Assembly (NCBI GenBank): GCA_963705705.1
Contig: CAVPKK010000006.1
Location: 1-64,000, forward strand
Direction: 5' to 3'
From: an uncultured bacterium
Lineage (GTDB): Bacteria; Babelota; Babeliae; Babelales; JABCYS01
Length of the DNA: 64,000 nt
Position 1 is the stretch's first letter; each line of letters opens with the position of its first letter. Positions 1 to 14,686 of this stretch are shown piece after piece. Position numbers and translations under genes: made by a program. A model generated the notes under the pieces. It was not told the DNA's origin, did no database searches, and was given only the letters and a program-made list of their open reading frames with translations.

Positions 1-358
1 CGCCTGGACGAGGCGATGCTGGGTTCAGCCGAGGATGGACACAATCGGCCAAACGATGCTCCGGAAGGCTCGTCCAACGAACCGCATCCATTCCACATCC
101 ACACCAACCCCTTCGAGGTGGTTTCGATCGAAGACCTTCGCCGCCACCGCGTGGTGAAGGTGAACGAGCGGCGCGATACCATCGCGGTGAACCGGGCACA
201 AAAGTGACGGTTCGTATGCGTTTCTCGCGACTTCGCCGGCAAGACAGTGTTCCATTGCCACACGTTGGATCACGGAGATCAGGGATGAGATGCGTGCGAT
301 CCGGATCGTCGATCCTTTGCGACCGGCTTCAGCGCCGACGAATCGATTACGCAACTGA
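1..358 (+). CDS. Multicopper oxidase, C-terminal fragment (5' truncated, frameshifted)
   Basis: HPFHIHTNPF motif in ORF 16..207; after a frameshift the sequence reads RDFAGKTVFHCHTLDHGDQGM (HCH-x3-H-x-D-x-GM copper ligands). Confidence 0.85.
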
Positions 359-897
359 GCGATTGCCATATCTCCGCTCCGCCTCTGGCTCCGCCTACGG
401 CCCAGGGACCAATATGGGATTTAAAAACGGCAGAAGCCACAATGTCGTCTGTGTTTTTTCGTGGCATGTGGCGTCTCCCATCTGATTCGCCAGTTGGCGG
501 CAAATGGGTCGAGGAGAGGCCGGTCATCGGCCGGCACCGACACCATGATCGTGGCCGTCAGCCCGATACCTCATCGACGACCCAGCGAAAGTCCGAAGTG
601 CATTGAACGTTCCCGCGGGTCTGGATTTCCGCCGTTCGGTGGACGATAAGGCGCGGATTTCGCGAGTTCGGCTGCTACTGCGACGACATGCCGCAGCATG
701 GACTGTTCATTATCGATAAGGGCAGGCACGATCGTCTGGCGCTATGCCGGAGCGGTGCCGCTCGACGACACGCAGGCAGTTTGGGTGCGTCTTCGCGGGC
801 TGCGTTCGATGGAGAATCCCGACAGCCTGTAGGCTGCGAAAAGTAAGGATCGCAATTGTTTCCAAGCATTTTTGCAGGAATGGATCGAGGTGGGACG

Positions 898-1950
898 ATG
901 AACTCAAAAAACAAGCAGAACCCGCGGCATCCTGCTCGGTCCATCGGAGCGATTGTCGTGGCGGTATGTGCGGGCCTTTTTCTGGGGCCGACCGGTCGCC
1001 GGACGTCAGGACAGCCCGCACGAAGAATTGCAAACCCAAGTTGCAAAACAGAAAGACCCGACCGACTTGGAATCGCGGTCACTCGGAAAGAATTACACCA
1101 CTCCCCCGTTGCCTGGTTATTCGCCGCTGACCGTTGCCAGCGCGGGACCCAGTAACGCGGTGAGCGCAGTCCCCCTACCCCACCAAACTGCTCATCGAGG
1201 CGGCCGACGTATCCCGATCCGCGTCTCCGACCACTTGCTGGTGCTGGACGTTCGTGCCCGGAATTTCTATGCAAGCCGGCATATTGCAGGTGCGCCATTT
1301 GGGTGGATGTCGAAGAGTGGGCCAACGCGTTCACGGCAATGCAATCGTCGTCGATCTGGAAAAAAAGATCGGCGGCCTGGGCATCGATCCAAACACGAAG
1401 GTCGTCGTGTGTGACAACGGAAAAGAAGGGACCGATGCCGCGTGCGCCCGTGCGATTCTGCATAACTGGGAGTAAAGGATGTGCGGCTGCTGACGGTGGC
1501 GGCCCGCCCTGGTCGTTCTCGGCTCGCCCACCAAGATGATGGCGAATCGCGCTGATCCCCCGATCGATCTAGCTCTAAGCTCGACCTGGGACGTTCAATT
1601 GCAAAAAACAGATGCTCGCATTGATGCAAACGCGTGGATCCCAGGTGATCGACGTTTGTGTCGGAGGCATCAGTCAGCATGGCGCCAGCGGCAAAGAACA
1701 AGGACAAGTACCTCGCTCGCCAAACAGGTGGGTTCGTCGGACGTAATCGAACAGGCGACATCTCACTGGTTCATGCCCGCGATGACCTTGCCGAGCTGTC
1801 CGATTAACGACAAGGATCTCCCTCACGAAGCCGACCGTCGTCCGAAGCAGCTCCGTCGAAGAAGCCGCTGCGCCGCGTTCGCCCTGGAATCATGGGCGCC
1901 AAACAGGTGCGAAGTCCCACTTCCCTGGCCGGGACAACGAACGTGAGAAG
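898..1950 (+). CDS. Two-domain rhodanese/sulfurtransferase (frameshifted; ends approximate)
   Basis: Fragments across frames: LLVLDVRARNFYASRHIAGA, IGGLGIDPNTKVVVCDNG, GVKDVRLL-GG, AAFALE-MGAKQVR. Confidence 0.7.
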
Positions 1951-2168
1951 GCCTCGAGCCCGAATGGACCTGCTCTTTCGCACTAGTGGGGGCGCGGAGC
2001 ACGCATCGTCGGGGCTTCGGCTGTGCATTCGCGATGTCCGGCGAGGCCAGACTGCTACAATCACGCATGGCCTTCGTTCCCTTCTCTTGGATCTGGTCCA
2101 TGTCTCGGCGGTAGGATGTGCCGTGGCGCCGGGTGGATCGCAATCGTTTCTCGCCAGGCACTGGTCAA

Positions 2169-2880
2169 ATGGGTGACCGCCTCACCCCAGTGATCGTCGG
2201 AGGCGCGGCAACGATCTCTGAGCAGCGAACGGCTTCGCCGAAAATTCTGGTAAGTGATTTCATGGCACGATGACTCGGCACTACTTCTACAAGTTGGCGA
2301 TCGAGTCGTTGCTGCCGCCGTATGTGCCCGACTATTGTGTCGAATATCGCGCTGGGACCATCACGCACTTCGAAAAGCCCGGCGTTGCTATTTTGCCGCG
2401 ATTCAGGCAACGAGGACGATGTGTTGGCTATCGTCCAGAAAATGGAGTTGGACATCGATCTGCCCGCAGCGTTGCAGTCGCTGCGCCACGGCGGCTGGGA
2501 TGTCGTCGTCGCTTCCGCGGGATGCGATTGGATATTCGTCGATTGCTCGACAAAGCGGGAGTGTCGCTGAGGTCTATTCCAATCCGGGAACGTTCGTTCG
2601 CGGACAAGGTCTTTTGATGAAAATGCCGCACGGCTCGCCGTTTTTTTCGCCGTCGCTCGGAGTCGATAAGACCGGGATTGTGAAGCACCATCTGGCAGCG
2701 GGGAGCGTCGTGGCCTTCGCCGGAGATGGATTTCCGGATGCGGAACCGGCTCGGCTAGTGCCCGAGGAGTTGCGATTTCGCGGGGAGATTTGGCGGAACT
2801 GTTCGATCGAGAGGGCATCCCCTTTCGCCGCTTCGACTGCTGGCGAAATATCGCGGACCCTCGCGGCCTGGAAACGCTAA
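2169..2880 (+). CDS. MtnX-like HAD-IB family phosphatase (frameshifted)
   Basis: ILVSDF-x-GTMTRH (HAD motif I), VVVASAGCDW (motif II), VDK (motif III), FAGDGFPD (motif IV). Confidence 0.75.
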
Positions 2881-2881
2881 C

Positions 2882-3929
2882 ATGTTAAGGCCGACGCAGA
2901 TTGCAATTCCAACGCTGGTCCGCGTGAAAGACGGCGCGTTGGATCGCCTTGGCGTTTACCTCAGTCGCAGCGGTCATCAGAAGGTGGCCGTGCTCGTCAG
3001 CCACGGTTTACACCCGCCGCTGCCGCAGAGGGTTCGCCAAAGCCTGAACGATCGCTCGATCGAGCCCATCGCCTGGGTTGACGTTCTGGAAAACGATCTT
3101 GAATCGGCGGCCAGGCGATCGCCCATTGCCAGGAAACGACCGCGGTCGTCGGCGTCGGCGGTGGCAGAGCGCCTGGATGTCGCGAAGTACGCGGGCTTCG
3201 ATGGCATTGCCCTCTACGCCGTCCCGACCTCCTTATCCAACGACGGTTTCGGCAGCTCTCAATCGAGCTTGACGGTGCGCGGAAAGCGTCGATCGCTGCC
3301 GGCGGCGATTCCCTACGGGGTCGTCATCGATACTGCCGTCTGTCGCAATGCGCCACGAATCTTGACTCTTTCCGGAGTCGGCGATCTTGTAGCCAAATTC
3401 ACGGCGATTTCGGATTGGAAGCTGTCGTTCCACGCCACTTCTGAAAAGGTTGACGACTTTGCGGCGCTATTGTCTGATGGATCGGTCCACGCTTTCTTGA
3501 GTCACCCACACTTTGACCTGAAGGGAATTCGATTGTTGGCCACGGCGCTGCTGATGAACGGCGTCGCGATGGAGATGAGCGGCTCGTCGCGTCCGGCGAG
3601 CGGGAGCGAACACCTCATTTCCCACGCGCTCGACGCGATTTCCGCGCGGCCGAGGCTGCACGGGTTGCAAGTCGGGGTAGCGACCTGACTTGATTAGCAT
3701 TCTGCAAGAAGCGAACTCGACGCTGATGGGTTCACTATTCGACACAACGGGATTTTGGGACGCCGTCGCCGCGGATCCGTTTTCGCGCGAGTGGTTGGAG
3801 GCGGTGAAAATCGCCCCGTCGATGAAGCCGGGATTTTATACGGTGCTTTCCAGCCGCGACGTTTTGCCGGAGGTTGAGTCGCTGCTTGCCACGGATCCCC
3901 AGTTAATTCGCTGCTTTGCATCAGTTTAG
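2882..3929 (+). CDS. Glycerol-1-phosphate dehydrogenase-like / iron-containing alcohol dehydrogenase family protein (frameshifted)
   Basis: LDVAKY, VPTSLSNDGF, SSRPASGSEHLISHALD and LHGLQVGVAT motifs; continues in ORF 3690..3929. Confidence 0.85.
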
Positions 3930-3941
3930 CCGTCTGACGCC

Positions 3942-4012
3942 GTAGCTGAATTCGCCAGAATTCAGATAATTCCAAACAGGTGCCGGCACTGAATTCTGGC
4001 GAATTCAGCTAC
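3942..4012. repeat. REP doublet (GTAG-type), inverted pair
   Basis: GTAGCTGAATTCGCCAGAATTCAG at 3942-3965 and its exact reverse complement at 3989-4012. Confidence 0.85.
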
Positions 4013-4055
4013 ATTCCGAGCGACCACTTCAGACCGACTTAAGTGATATATTGAT

Positions 4056-5075
4056 ATGAAAATCGGCATTGTTGGGTGCGGAATGGTCGGCTCGACGTCG
4101 GCATACGGGTGCACGTCATGAGCGGCGTCGGCCGGGAGATCGTGCTCATTGATTTGAATCGCGCTCTGCGCCGAAGCGGAAGCGAACGATATTTTCCATG
4201 CGGTCCCGTTTTCGCATCCTCTTACCGTGCGAGCGGGCGACTATCCGGATTTGGCCGGGGCTCGTGTCGTGGTAATCGCCGGCGGCGTGGCGCAGAAGCC
4301 GGGCGAGACACGGCTTGAACTTCTGCACCGCAATGCTCACGTGTTCCGGCAGATCATCCCCGCCGTGCTTCGGCACGCGCCCGAGGCCGTGCTGCTGGTG
4401 GTCAGCAATCCCGTCGATATCATGACGTACATGGCCGCGCATTTCGCGGTGGAATTTGGCGTGCCGTCGTCGCAGGTGATCGGTTCCGGAACGACGCTCG
4501 ATACGGCCCGCTTTCGCACGCTGCTCTCGCGGCACTTCGACATCGATTCGCAGCACGTTCATGCCTACGTCGTCGGCGAGCATGGAGATTCCGAAGTACT
4601 CGCCTGGTCGCATGCTACGATTGCCGGACTAAAGCTCGACGACTTTGCCCGCTTCCACGGCGCGCCGCTGACGGAGCCGGATCGCCGGCGGATCGACGAG
4701 CAAGTTCGCCGCGCGGCCTATTCCATCATTGCCGGGAAGGGCGCCACCTATTTCGGGATCGGCAGCGCCGTCGCACGGATCGTCGATGTCGTGTTGCACG
4801 ACCAGCGGGCGATCTTGACGATCTGCTCGTGCATCGCAGAGGCACCGGATTGCGATGGCGTGACGTTGGCGCTGCCCCACGTCGTTGGCGGGCGAGGCGC
4901 CCTGTTGACGATTCCCCTGCTATTGGATGATTGCGAGCAGGCCGCACTCCGTCGCAGCGCCGAGATCGTGCGCGAGGCCATCGCTTCGCTGGACCTGCGC
5001 CGAGCGGTTCGACGTAATCTGCTGAGCCGCTCTGAATTCTGGCGAATTCAGCTACGGATTGGCCCGGCGCGGTAG
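4056..5075 (+). CDS. ldh: L-lactate dehydrogenase (frameshifted near 5' end; 3' end runs into a REP)
   Basis: [12 protein letters not shown]ossmann motif, [45 protein letters not shown]. Confidence 0.92.
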
Positions 5076-5095
5076 CTGGATTCGCCAGAATTCAG
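5032..5095. repeat. REP doublet (GTAG-type)
   Basis: CTGAATTCTGGCGAATTCAGCTAC followed by GTAGCTGGATTCGCCAGAATTCAG; same unit as 3942-4012, opposite arrangement. Confidence 0.85.
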
Positions 5096-5118
5096 CATTC
5101 GAGTTTCGATCGATGGAT

Positions 5119-5653
5119 TCAATCGCGGGCTTTCCATTGCGGCCCGGCAATCTCTTTGACGGCGTCTTGCATCAACTCCGCGGTGCGCTTTGATCGACAG
5201 GCTCGGCGCCAGCGCCAGGCGGCGATCGCGGTCAGCGCCAACAGACCGCCACAGACATCGATGCCTACATCGCGCACTGCGCCGGTGCGGCTCGGCACGA
5301 ACGATTGATGGAATTCGTCCGCAAACGCGACCATCGCCGTGAGCATCAGCGCAATGAAGAACCAAGCGACGGGCGCCGTGCGCGAAACGCCGCCAAGAGC
5401 GCCCACGCGGTCAGCGCGGCCAACGCGGCGTATTCCACGACGTTGCGCCGTTTTGCGGACGACGAAATTGAGTCGCTGAAGCTGATCGGCGCTTGCGTTC
5501 GGAAGAACCAAGCGAGTGAATTGCTTGATGGCTTGTCCCGTGCGCTCCGCCGACATCAAGCTCGTCGAAGCGAGCAAAATAAATCCAACACTGGCAGCGA
5601 CGAGCCACCATCGCCAGCGCCGCGTTCTCGATTTGCGCCCTGCACCACCACAT
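5119..5653 (-). CDS. VanZ-like family membrane protein (frameshifted)
   Basis: FVVRKTA-x-VVEYAAL and AFADEFHQSFVPSRTGAVRDVGID motifs. Confidence 0.8.
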
Positions 5654-5656
5654 GCC

Positions 5657-6909
5657 TTAAGCTTTTGGTTCTTCGAGCCTCACGAGCAACCACTGCTGAG
5701 TCTGGCCGTCGGCGAAATGGACTAGCACCGGCGCGGTATCCTGAGTGATGTTCGATAGCCCCGTCTCGACGATCGGCGACGATTTGCCTTGCACGCACCA
5801 GGCCGCTCGCTGGCTTTTTTTGTCGATCATGCCTTCCAGGGTTTGTGTTTCGCCGGTGGCCTCGTTCGTGAAAGTCCCCGAGATCACGCCCTGCTTGTTC
5901 ACGGCGAATTGCATGAACATCGTCGGTGCCTCGCCCGTTGCCTCACGGTCTTGCGTGACCGCGAACACACCGAGCGGCATCCAGTCGGACGTCTGCGGAT
6001 TCAATTCTTGCGGCGCTTCGGCGACGATTGCGGCGGCCTGGGTGGCATAATCTTCCGCGCCGGCGACCGGCTGCTCGCCATAATAAACCTGATCATCTTG
6101 GTAGTAGACGTTGTCGCCGTAGGCGTAGGCCGTTTCGGAATAACCGCTGCCCCAGCCGAACCAGCCCGTAGCGCGCCCAGGTGGCCCAGCGATACGGTGC
6201 GTTGATCCGCCACGCCGCCCAATTCGGATTGTCGGCCCAAAAGGCCAGCCGTGGATTGTTTTCGCGCACTTGATTGCGAACTTCGTCGCGACGCTGCTGC
6301 CGGTTGTCTTGCAATTGCTGGCGATTCTCGACGCGGCTCGGCCGACTGCTGGCGAGATTCCCTCGAGCATACCGCCGGCAGCCACGCCTGCGCCGACGCC
6401 CGCGGCAACGCCGGCTCCTACTCGGTCCCGACGCCGGTTCGTGCAGCGGCCCCGGCCGGAAGCTGCGTGGGTCGCGCTTGGTTGCCAAGAGAAGTCGGCT
6501 GCGGCGCCGCCGCGTCCGGTGACAGCGCCCGTCGAAGGCTTCGAGCATCGACGAAGTTATTTATTTGCGAGTTCGTCGGCCGGGTAGCCGGGCCAGCGTT
6601 CGGTCGAGTTGCGGCGGCGGTTCCGGGATTTGGGCGCGGCGGGGCTGGCATTCGGCCGGTTGGCGGCGCCTGCAACCGGCGAACTGATCGCCGGCGATCT
6701 CGCAGCGGCGGCGGGCCGCTGCCGCGGGGCTTGGGGCGGGCCGTGCCGCGGCGCCGCCGACGGTCGTGCTGCGCCGCCGCCCGACGGCCGCGCTGCACCG
6801 CCGCCGCCGCCCCGGCCGCCACCGCCACCACCCGGTCCGCGAGCCGCGAGTTCGTCGCGAACGACACAGTCGCGCCCACGACGATCAAGATAATGCTCAA
6901 GCGTTTCAT
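5657..6909 (-). CDS. Secreted Gly/Pro/Arg-rich planctomycete-type protein, paralogue 2 (frameshifted)
   Basis: Signal peptide MKRLSIILIVV, RGPGGGGGGRGGGG low-complexity region, C-terminal domain YAYGDNVYY...WMPLGVFAV...AVNKQGVISGT...QQWLLVRL. Confidence 0.7.
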
Positions 6910-6941
6910 CGTTCACCTGCTTTCAAAGTAATGTGCGGATT

Positions 6942-8450
6942 TTAGGGAGTTTTCGTCGGCTCATCGAGCCGCACGAACAGCCATTGCTGAGTCTGGCCGT
7001 CGGCGAAATGCAGCAGCACCGGAAACGTGTCCTCCGTGAGATTCGACAGGCCGGTCTCTACGATCGGCCAAGACTTGCCTTGCACGCACCAGGCGGCGCG
7101 CTGACTTTTCTTTGTCCACCATCCCCTCCAACGTTTGCGTTTCGCCGGTGTCCTCGTTCTTGAAAGTTCCCGAGATCACGCCCTCCTTATTGACGGCCAA
7201 TTGGATGAAAAGCGTCGGGGAACTTCCGCTGGCTGCGCGGTCTTGCGTGACCGCGAACACACCCAGCGGCAGCCAGTCGGACGCTTGTGGATTGAGGTTT
7301 TCCGGCGCACTGTCGGCGATCGCGGCGGCCTGATTCGCGTATTCCTCGGCAGTCGCATAAGGCTGGTCGCCATAGTAGACCTGATCGCCGCTGTAGTAGA
7401 CATTGTCGCCGTAGGCATAGGGCGTTTCGGTGTAGCCCGTGCCCCAGCCAAACCAGCCGGTCAAGGCCCCCCACGTCGCCCAGCGGTACGGAGCGTTGAT
7501 TCGCCAGGCGGCCCAGTTGGGATGGTCGAGCCAAAAATCGATGCCGCGGATGATTGTCCCGACCTGATCTCGAACCTTGTCGCGCCGCTGCTGACGGTTG
7601 TCGTGCAGTTCCTGGCGATTCTCCACGCGGTCGGGGCGATTGTTGGCGAAATCTCCGCGGCGATCGCCGAGATTGTTGCCGATGCCCGCGCCGATCCCCC
7701 GCCAATGCCCGCTCCAATGCCTGCGCCGATCCCGGTGCCCCGACACCCTGGTCTGCCGACGCCTGCCCACGCCGGGGCCACCGACACCGGGCCCTCCGAC
7801 ACCGGGCCCGCCGACACCCGGACCACCGACGCCGGGCCGTCCGGCGATATTCCCGGTCCCCGGTCCCGACGGGAGCTGCGATGGCCGGTTAGCACCCGCA
7901 GGAAGTTGACTGGGGCGTCCGCCGCCATTAAGGAAATCGGCCGCCTGCGCCGCCGCGGCCGGCATTTCCGCCGGCCGCACCAATGGCGCCGGTCGAAGGC
8001 CGTCCCGCGTCGATGAATTGTTCAAATCGCCGGCCGACGGTCGTCCGCCGGCGCCGATGTTGGGACGCCGTCGGGGCCAATGTCGCCAGTTCCCGGCCGG
8101 GCTACCCCGCCGGTGCCGACATTGGGTCGGTTGCCGGCAATGTTTCCTGTACTCGGCCGGTGGCCCACCGGCGCCGACGTTGGGTCGGTTGCCAGAACGT
8201 TTCCCGTGGAAGGCCGAGCGCCGGTTGATGGGCGGGCGCCGCTGGAAATCGCCGGCGAACGACCGCCGGTTGAGGGCCTCGCGCCAGCCGACGGCCGTGC
8301 AGCGCCGCCGCTTGGCCGCGCACCACCGCCGCCTCGGCGCTCCGCCTCCGCCTCCACGGCCTCCGCCGCCGGGTCCGCGGGCCACAACATCGCCGTGGCC
8401 GACAGCAACAAGGCTGCCGCAAACATCAAGAGCAAAATGATGCGTTTCAT
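6942..8450 (-). CDS. Secreted Gly/Pro/Arg-rich planctomycete-type protein, paralogue 1 (frameshifted)
   Basis: Signal peptide MKRIILLLMFAAALLL, (GGPGV)n repeats, and the same C-terminal domain as 5657..6909 (WLPLGVFAV, AVNKEGVISGT). Confidence 0.7.
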
Positions 8451-8522
8451 AGAGTCACCCGTTCATCAGGCGTGTTGAAATCAAAAGCTAAATGCGCCAG
8501 TCGCCGCGAACAGACAACCGGA

Positions 8523-9420
8523 TTATTGGCGCACGATCAGCACTTCCGGGACGTTCGGGAGCAATTCGCCGCCGGCGGTGCGATCGATCGTTTGCCAAGT
8601 GAACGAGTTGGCGTCGATCGGCTTGATCACGTTGGTCATCGACGCCTTGCGGCCGTCGGCCAATACGCCCTTGTTGTTGACGTACCAGCGATCCTTCTTG
8701 AACGTCCATGTCGCTTCGGCGTAGCCGCCGTCGGAATCGAACGTCCACGAGCGAATCGTTTTCGCGGCCGCATCCCAACCGATGATCTGCATGCCGGATA
8801 AATCGACTTCGCCTTCGACGGAAACCGTGAACGAGCGGGTGAGAAACGTGCGGTTTTTTGTCCAATTGCAATCGGTTTCGATATCGACATTCTCGTCTTT
8901 GTCGACCCAATGGCCGACCATCCATTCAAGCGGTTTGAGTTGTTCGTAGTGCGAATCGCTTGGCTTCCTTCGCCTCGTCGGTCACGCGGTCGAGCAGCCA
9001 TTTGCCGTCGCGTTTCACATACACGGCCGAGTAGGGAATATCCTCCGGCTTTCCCTTGGCGACCGTGATCGTGGAATTGCCGTGTTCCTCGGCCACGTTG
9101 GGCGAAATGAACCGACCGATTCCGTTTCGCGCCGTCAGCTTGACGTCCGGGCTCGTCTTTGAACATCGCCGTGAACTGCTTCGCGATGGCGTCGCGGCCG
9201 ACGACTTCTTCGCCCGTGACCTGATTCAGATACACGGCGTCGGGCGACCACAAGTCGGCCAATGCCTTGGCGTCGTGCTTGTTGAACGCCTCGACGTAGG
9301 TCTTCACGGAGTTGCGAATCGCCGTTTCATCGGCCGAGGGCGTTGGGGCTCGGTTCGTCGGCTTGAAGTCGGCCATCAAGCGCTGCAAACAACAATCAAA
9401 CCGAGCAATGATCGTTTCAT
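8523..9420 (-). CDS. Secreted NTF2-like (SgcJ/EcaC, DUF4440-type) two-domain protein (frameshifted)
   Basis: AAGGAG RBS before ATG at 9420; ETAIRNSVKTYVEAFNKHDAKALADLWSPDAVY; second domain GMQIIGWDAAAKTIRSWTFDSDGG. Confidence 0.7.
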
Positions 9421-9536
9421 GGTGGAAGCTCCTTGTTCTTGGTCCAGTCGTGAGAACGTTCTGTTGCCGAAAGCGAGGGTCGCGCCAATCATCGTGGGGT
9501 GGGTTGATTATTCGTCCAAAAAATAACTTCTCCGCA

Positions 9537-9573
9537 CCCCCCTCGCCCCTTGCGGGAGAGGGCAGGGTGAGGG
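9537..9573. repeat. GC-rich palindromic extragenic element
   Basis: CCCTCGCCCCTTGCGGGAGAGGGCAGGGTGAGGG imperfect hairpin; resembles a widespread REP-like class, single copy in this window. Confidence 0.5.
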
Positions 9574-10074
9574 AGTTTACAAAATCGGGAAGTTATTTTT
9601 CGGTCGATCCTTATCGGGTGAACCGCCACGGTGCAGGGTCCACTCGCACGAGCAAAAATCAGAAAAAATCAACGCTATTCGCACAGACGAACACGATCGC
9701 CTCGCATGCCATCAACCGGACCGAGTTGCGGAATGGCGCCCCACCCTGAACGACGAGACTCACGCATCAGCAAATCTCGCCCACGCCAATTCAGAGGCCC
9801 TGATTGTTCCACTTCCCTTCAAGAAAAGCGAGAGCCCAGCCCGCAGAAATTGAAAATCTAACCAACGCATTGACGTAGCTCATACGCCAGATTCATTCGC
9901 TCCAGCCCGGAGACCGGCCGACCGCGGCAACAAGGTGGGCCGCAGGCAGCAAACTCGTGGGTTTTTTAGCGAAGAGTAGATTGTGTAATTGCTGGCGTAG
10001 GCGATCAAACTGAATGAAGCTTGCGTTATAAATGATGCGCTGACGTGCTCAACCGAGAAATCGAGATAATTCCC

Positions 10075-12830
<2,756 letters not shown>

Positions 12831-12886
12831 CACGGCTCAGGACAATAACCTCGGTTTTTCCACAGGCCCTCGCTCGCGGAGCCGCT

Positions 12887-12951
12887 CTGAATTCGGCGAA
12901 TTCAGCTACGGATTCGCTCCGTGCGCGGTAGCTGGATTCGCCAGAATTCAG
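12887..12951. repeat. REP doublet (GTAG-type)
   Basis: Near-identical to 5032-5095, including flanks GAGCCGCT and CATTCGAG. Confidence 0.85.
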
Positions 12952-12976
12952 CATTCGAGCAACGCATGGGTATCCG

Positions 12977-14131
12977 ATGAAGAAAATTGGTCTGCGCTTT
13001 CCGGCGGCGGATTTCGGGCCAGCTTGTATCACCTCGGGCTGGTCCGCTTTTCTCGCGACGCCGGGGTCCTGTTGCCCAGGTGACCCACATCACATCGGTG
13101 TCCGGCGGCAGCATTTTCGCCGCCCATCTCGTGCTCAATTGGGGCCGCTATAACGGCTCGCCCAGCGAGTTCGATGCCGTGGCGACGGAATTGCTCGACT
13201 TCGTGCGCCTCGACGTTCGCAATCGAATCACCCGCCGCTTTCCCCTGACCATCGCCCTGCCGGCCGCGCCGGCTGCTGGGCAAATCGAATCGCAAGCTGA
13301 CCCTCACGGGGCTGCTGGAATACCATTACGAAAAGTATCTCTACGGCGACACGAGCCTGTTCCAGTTGCCGGAAAGCCCGCAACTGCACATCCTGGCCAC
13401 CAATTTGAGCGAAGGGTGCCTTTGCTCCTTCACCCGGAACGGGCTGCTGATGATGCGTCGTCAGCCGGGAGGACACGTTTCAGCATCGACCGCGTCCACA
13501 TCGGGCTGGCCACCGTGCCGATGGCCGTCACCGCCTCGTCGGCATTCCCTAGCTTTTTCCCGCCCCTGGAGTTTACGAGTGCCGACGTCGGCGCCAGCGT
13601 CGGCGAATTTGGCCGGCAGGCCTATACCGACGGCGGAGTGTTCGACAATCTAGGCGTTCGCATGTTCCGCTTTCTCGACGAATTGTTGCCGGCGGATCAT
13701 GGCGGCTTGGACGGTGTGCTGGTCAGCGACGTCGGCAAGCGCATTAAAGTTCTGCCCAATCGGCGGCGGGCGGAGCGATCCGCACCGCCATGGGCGCCAG
13801 CGACATCCTGATGGATCGCGTCTGGCAGTTGGAAAATGAAACGGTCAGTGACACCTCCGGTTTTCTCTTCGCCCGAATCACCGATTTCGTCGAGCCGCAC
13901 GAAGATCCGACCGCCCTGCACGTGGAAATTCAACGTCAATTGGTAAATATCCGCACCGACTTCGATCGTTTTTCACCGCTCGAAATCAGCAGCCTGATCC
14001 AGCACGGATACTGTGTCGGTCGCAAAGTTTGCCGAACGATGCCCGAGTTGTTCGGCGCCGATTTGCCGGCGAATCCTCCGTGGGATTCAATTTCCTCGCG
14101 GATGGCGCCGTTCTCCCGCGCCGATCGTTAA
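12977..14131 (+). CDS. Patatin-like phospholipase (frameshifted; cut at the junction)
   Basis: MKKIGL-x-SGGGFRA, ITSVSGGS (nucleophile elbow), TDGGVFDNLG. Confidence 0.85.
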
Positions 14132-14192
14132 CATTAATATGGTGTGCTACGAAGATAATGGCTGAGATGAAAAGGATTTTTGTTTTAATCAT
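14128..14192 (-). CDS. N-terminal fragment of a secreted protein cut by the junction
   Basis: MIKTKILFISAIIFVAHHINVN, signal-peptide-like, directly downstream of cdd with an AGGA RBS. Confidence 0.45.
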
Positions 14193-14202
14193 GATTTAAT
14201 TC

Positions 14203-14652
14203 CTATAAGTGTTCAGGCCCGAATCCATATGGAAGTAATGCTTCGATGGTGGTGATGATGATGTTATCTTTTTGTGTATTGGAAAAGAGAACTTCCATAT
14301 CGTTGCGCGATCTTCGTGCAGCCTCCAATAACATTTGTCGGCATGAGCCACAGGGCGCAACCGGTTCAAGCGCCGGCCCTTTTTCGCCACGACCGATGAT
14401 GGCAATTGCCTTTATGATACCGTGCCCTTGCACGTTTGCACTCACCAGTGCTGAACGCTCGGCGCAGATGGTGCTGCCATAAGCGGCATTTTCTACATTG
14501 GCGCCAGGCACGATGATATTATCTTGAGTTAATAATGCTGCGCCGACATTGAAGGTCGAATATGGGGAATAGGCGAAAGACATTGCCTTTTCTGCGGCAT
14601 TAAGGAGAGTTTGTTGGGTTTGCGTCAGATCGTGATACGTAAGATTAGCCAT
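14203..14652 (-). CDS. cdd: Cytidine deaminase
   Basis: AYSPYSTFNVGAA, NVENAAYGSTICAERSA, PCGSCRQ; start placed at MANLTY (14652). Confidence 0.95.
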   Translation of the reverse strand: MANLTYHDLTQTQQTLLNAAEKAMSFAYSPYSTFNVGAALLTQDNIIVPGANVENAAYGSTICAERSALVSANVQGHGIIKAIAIIGRGEKGPALEPVAPCGSCRQMLLEAARRSRNDMEVLFSNTQKDNIIITTIEALLPYGFGPEHL

Positions 14653-14686
14653 GCGTAAAAATACTGCCTTCGTAATAATTAATTGC

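Noticed and set aside
360..900. Overlapping short ORFs here, and antisense ORFs throughout the GC-rich segment
   Set aside because: No recognisable motifs; they are expected shadow ORFs in high-GC DNA.
9430..10070. Possible ncRNA or riboswitch in the long intergenic region
   Set aside because: Apart from one palindromic element I found no recognisable tRNA, rRNA or riboswitch consensus; an Rfam scan would be needed.
14100..14200. Genuine horizontal-transfer boundary
   Set aside because: Core genes of a second organism follow directly, both flanking genes are truncated, and the error profile changes.
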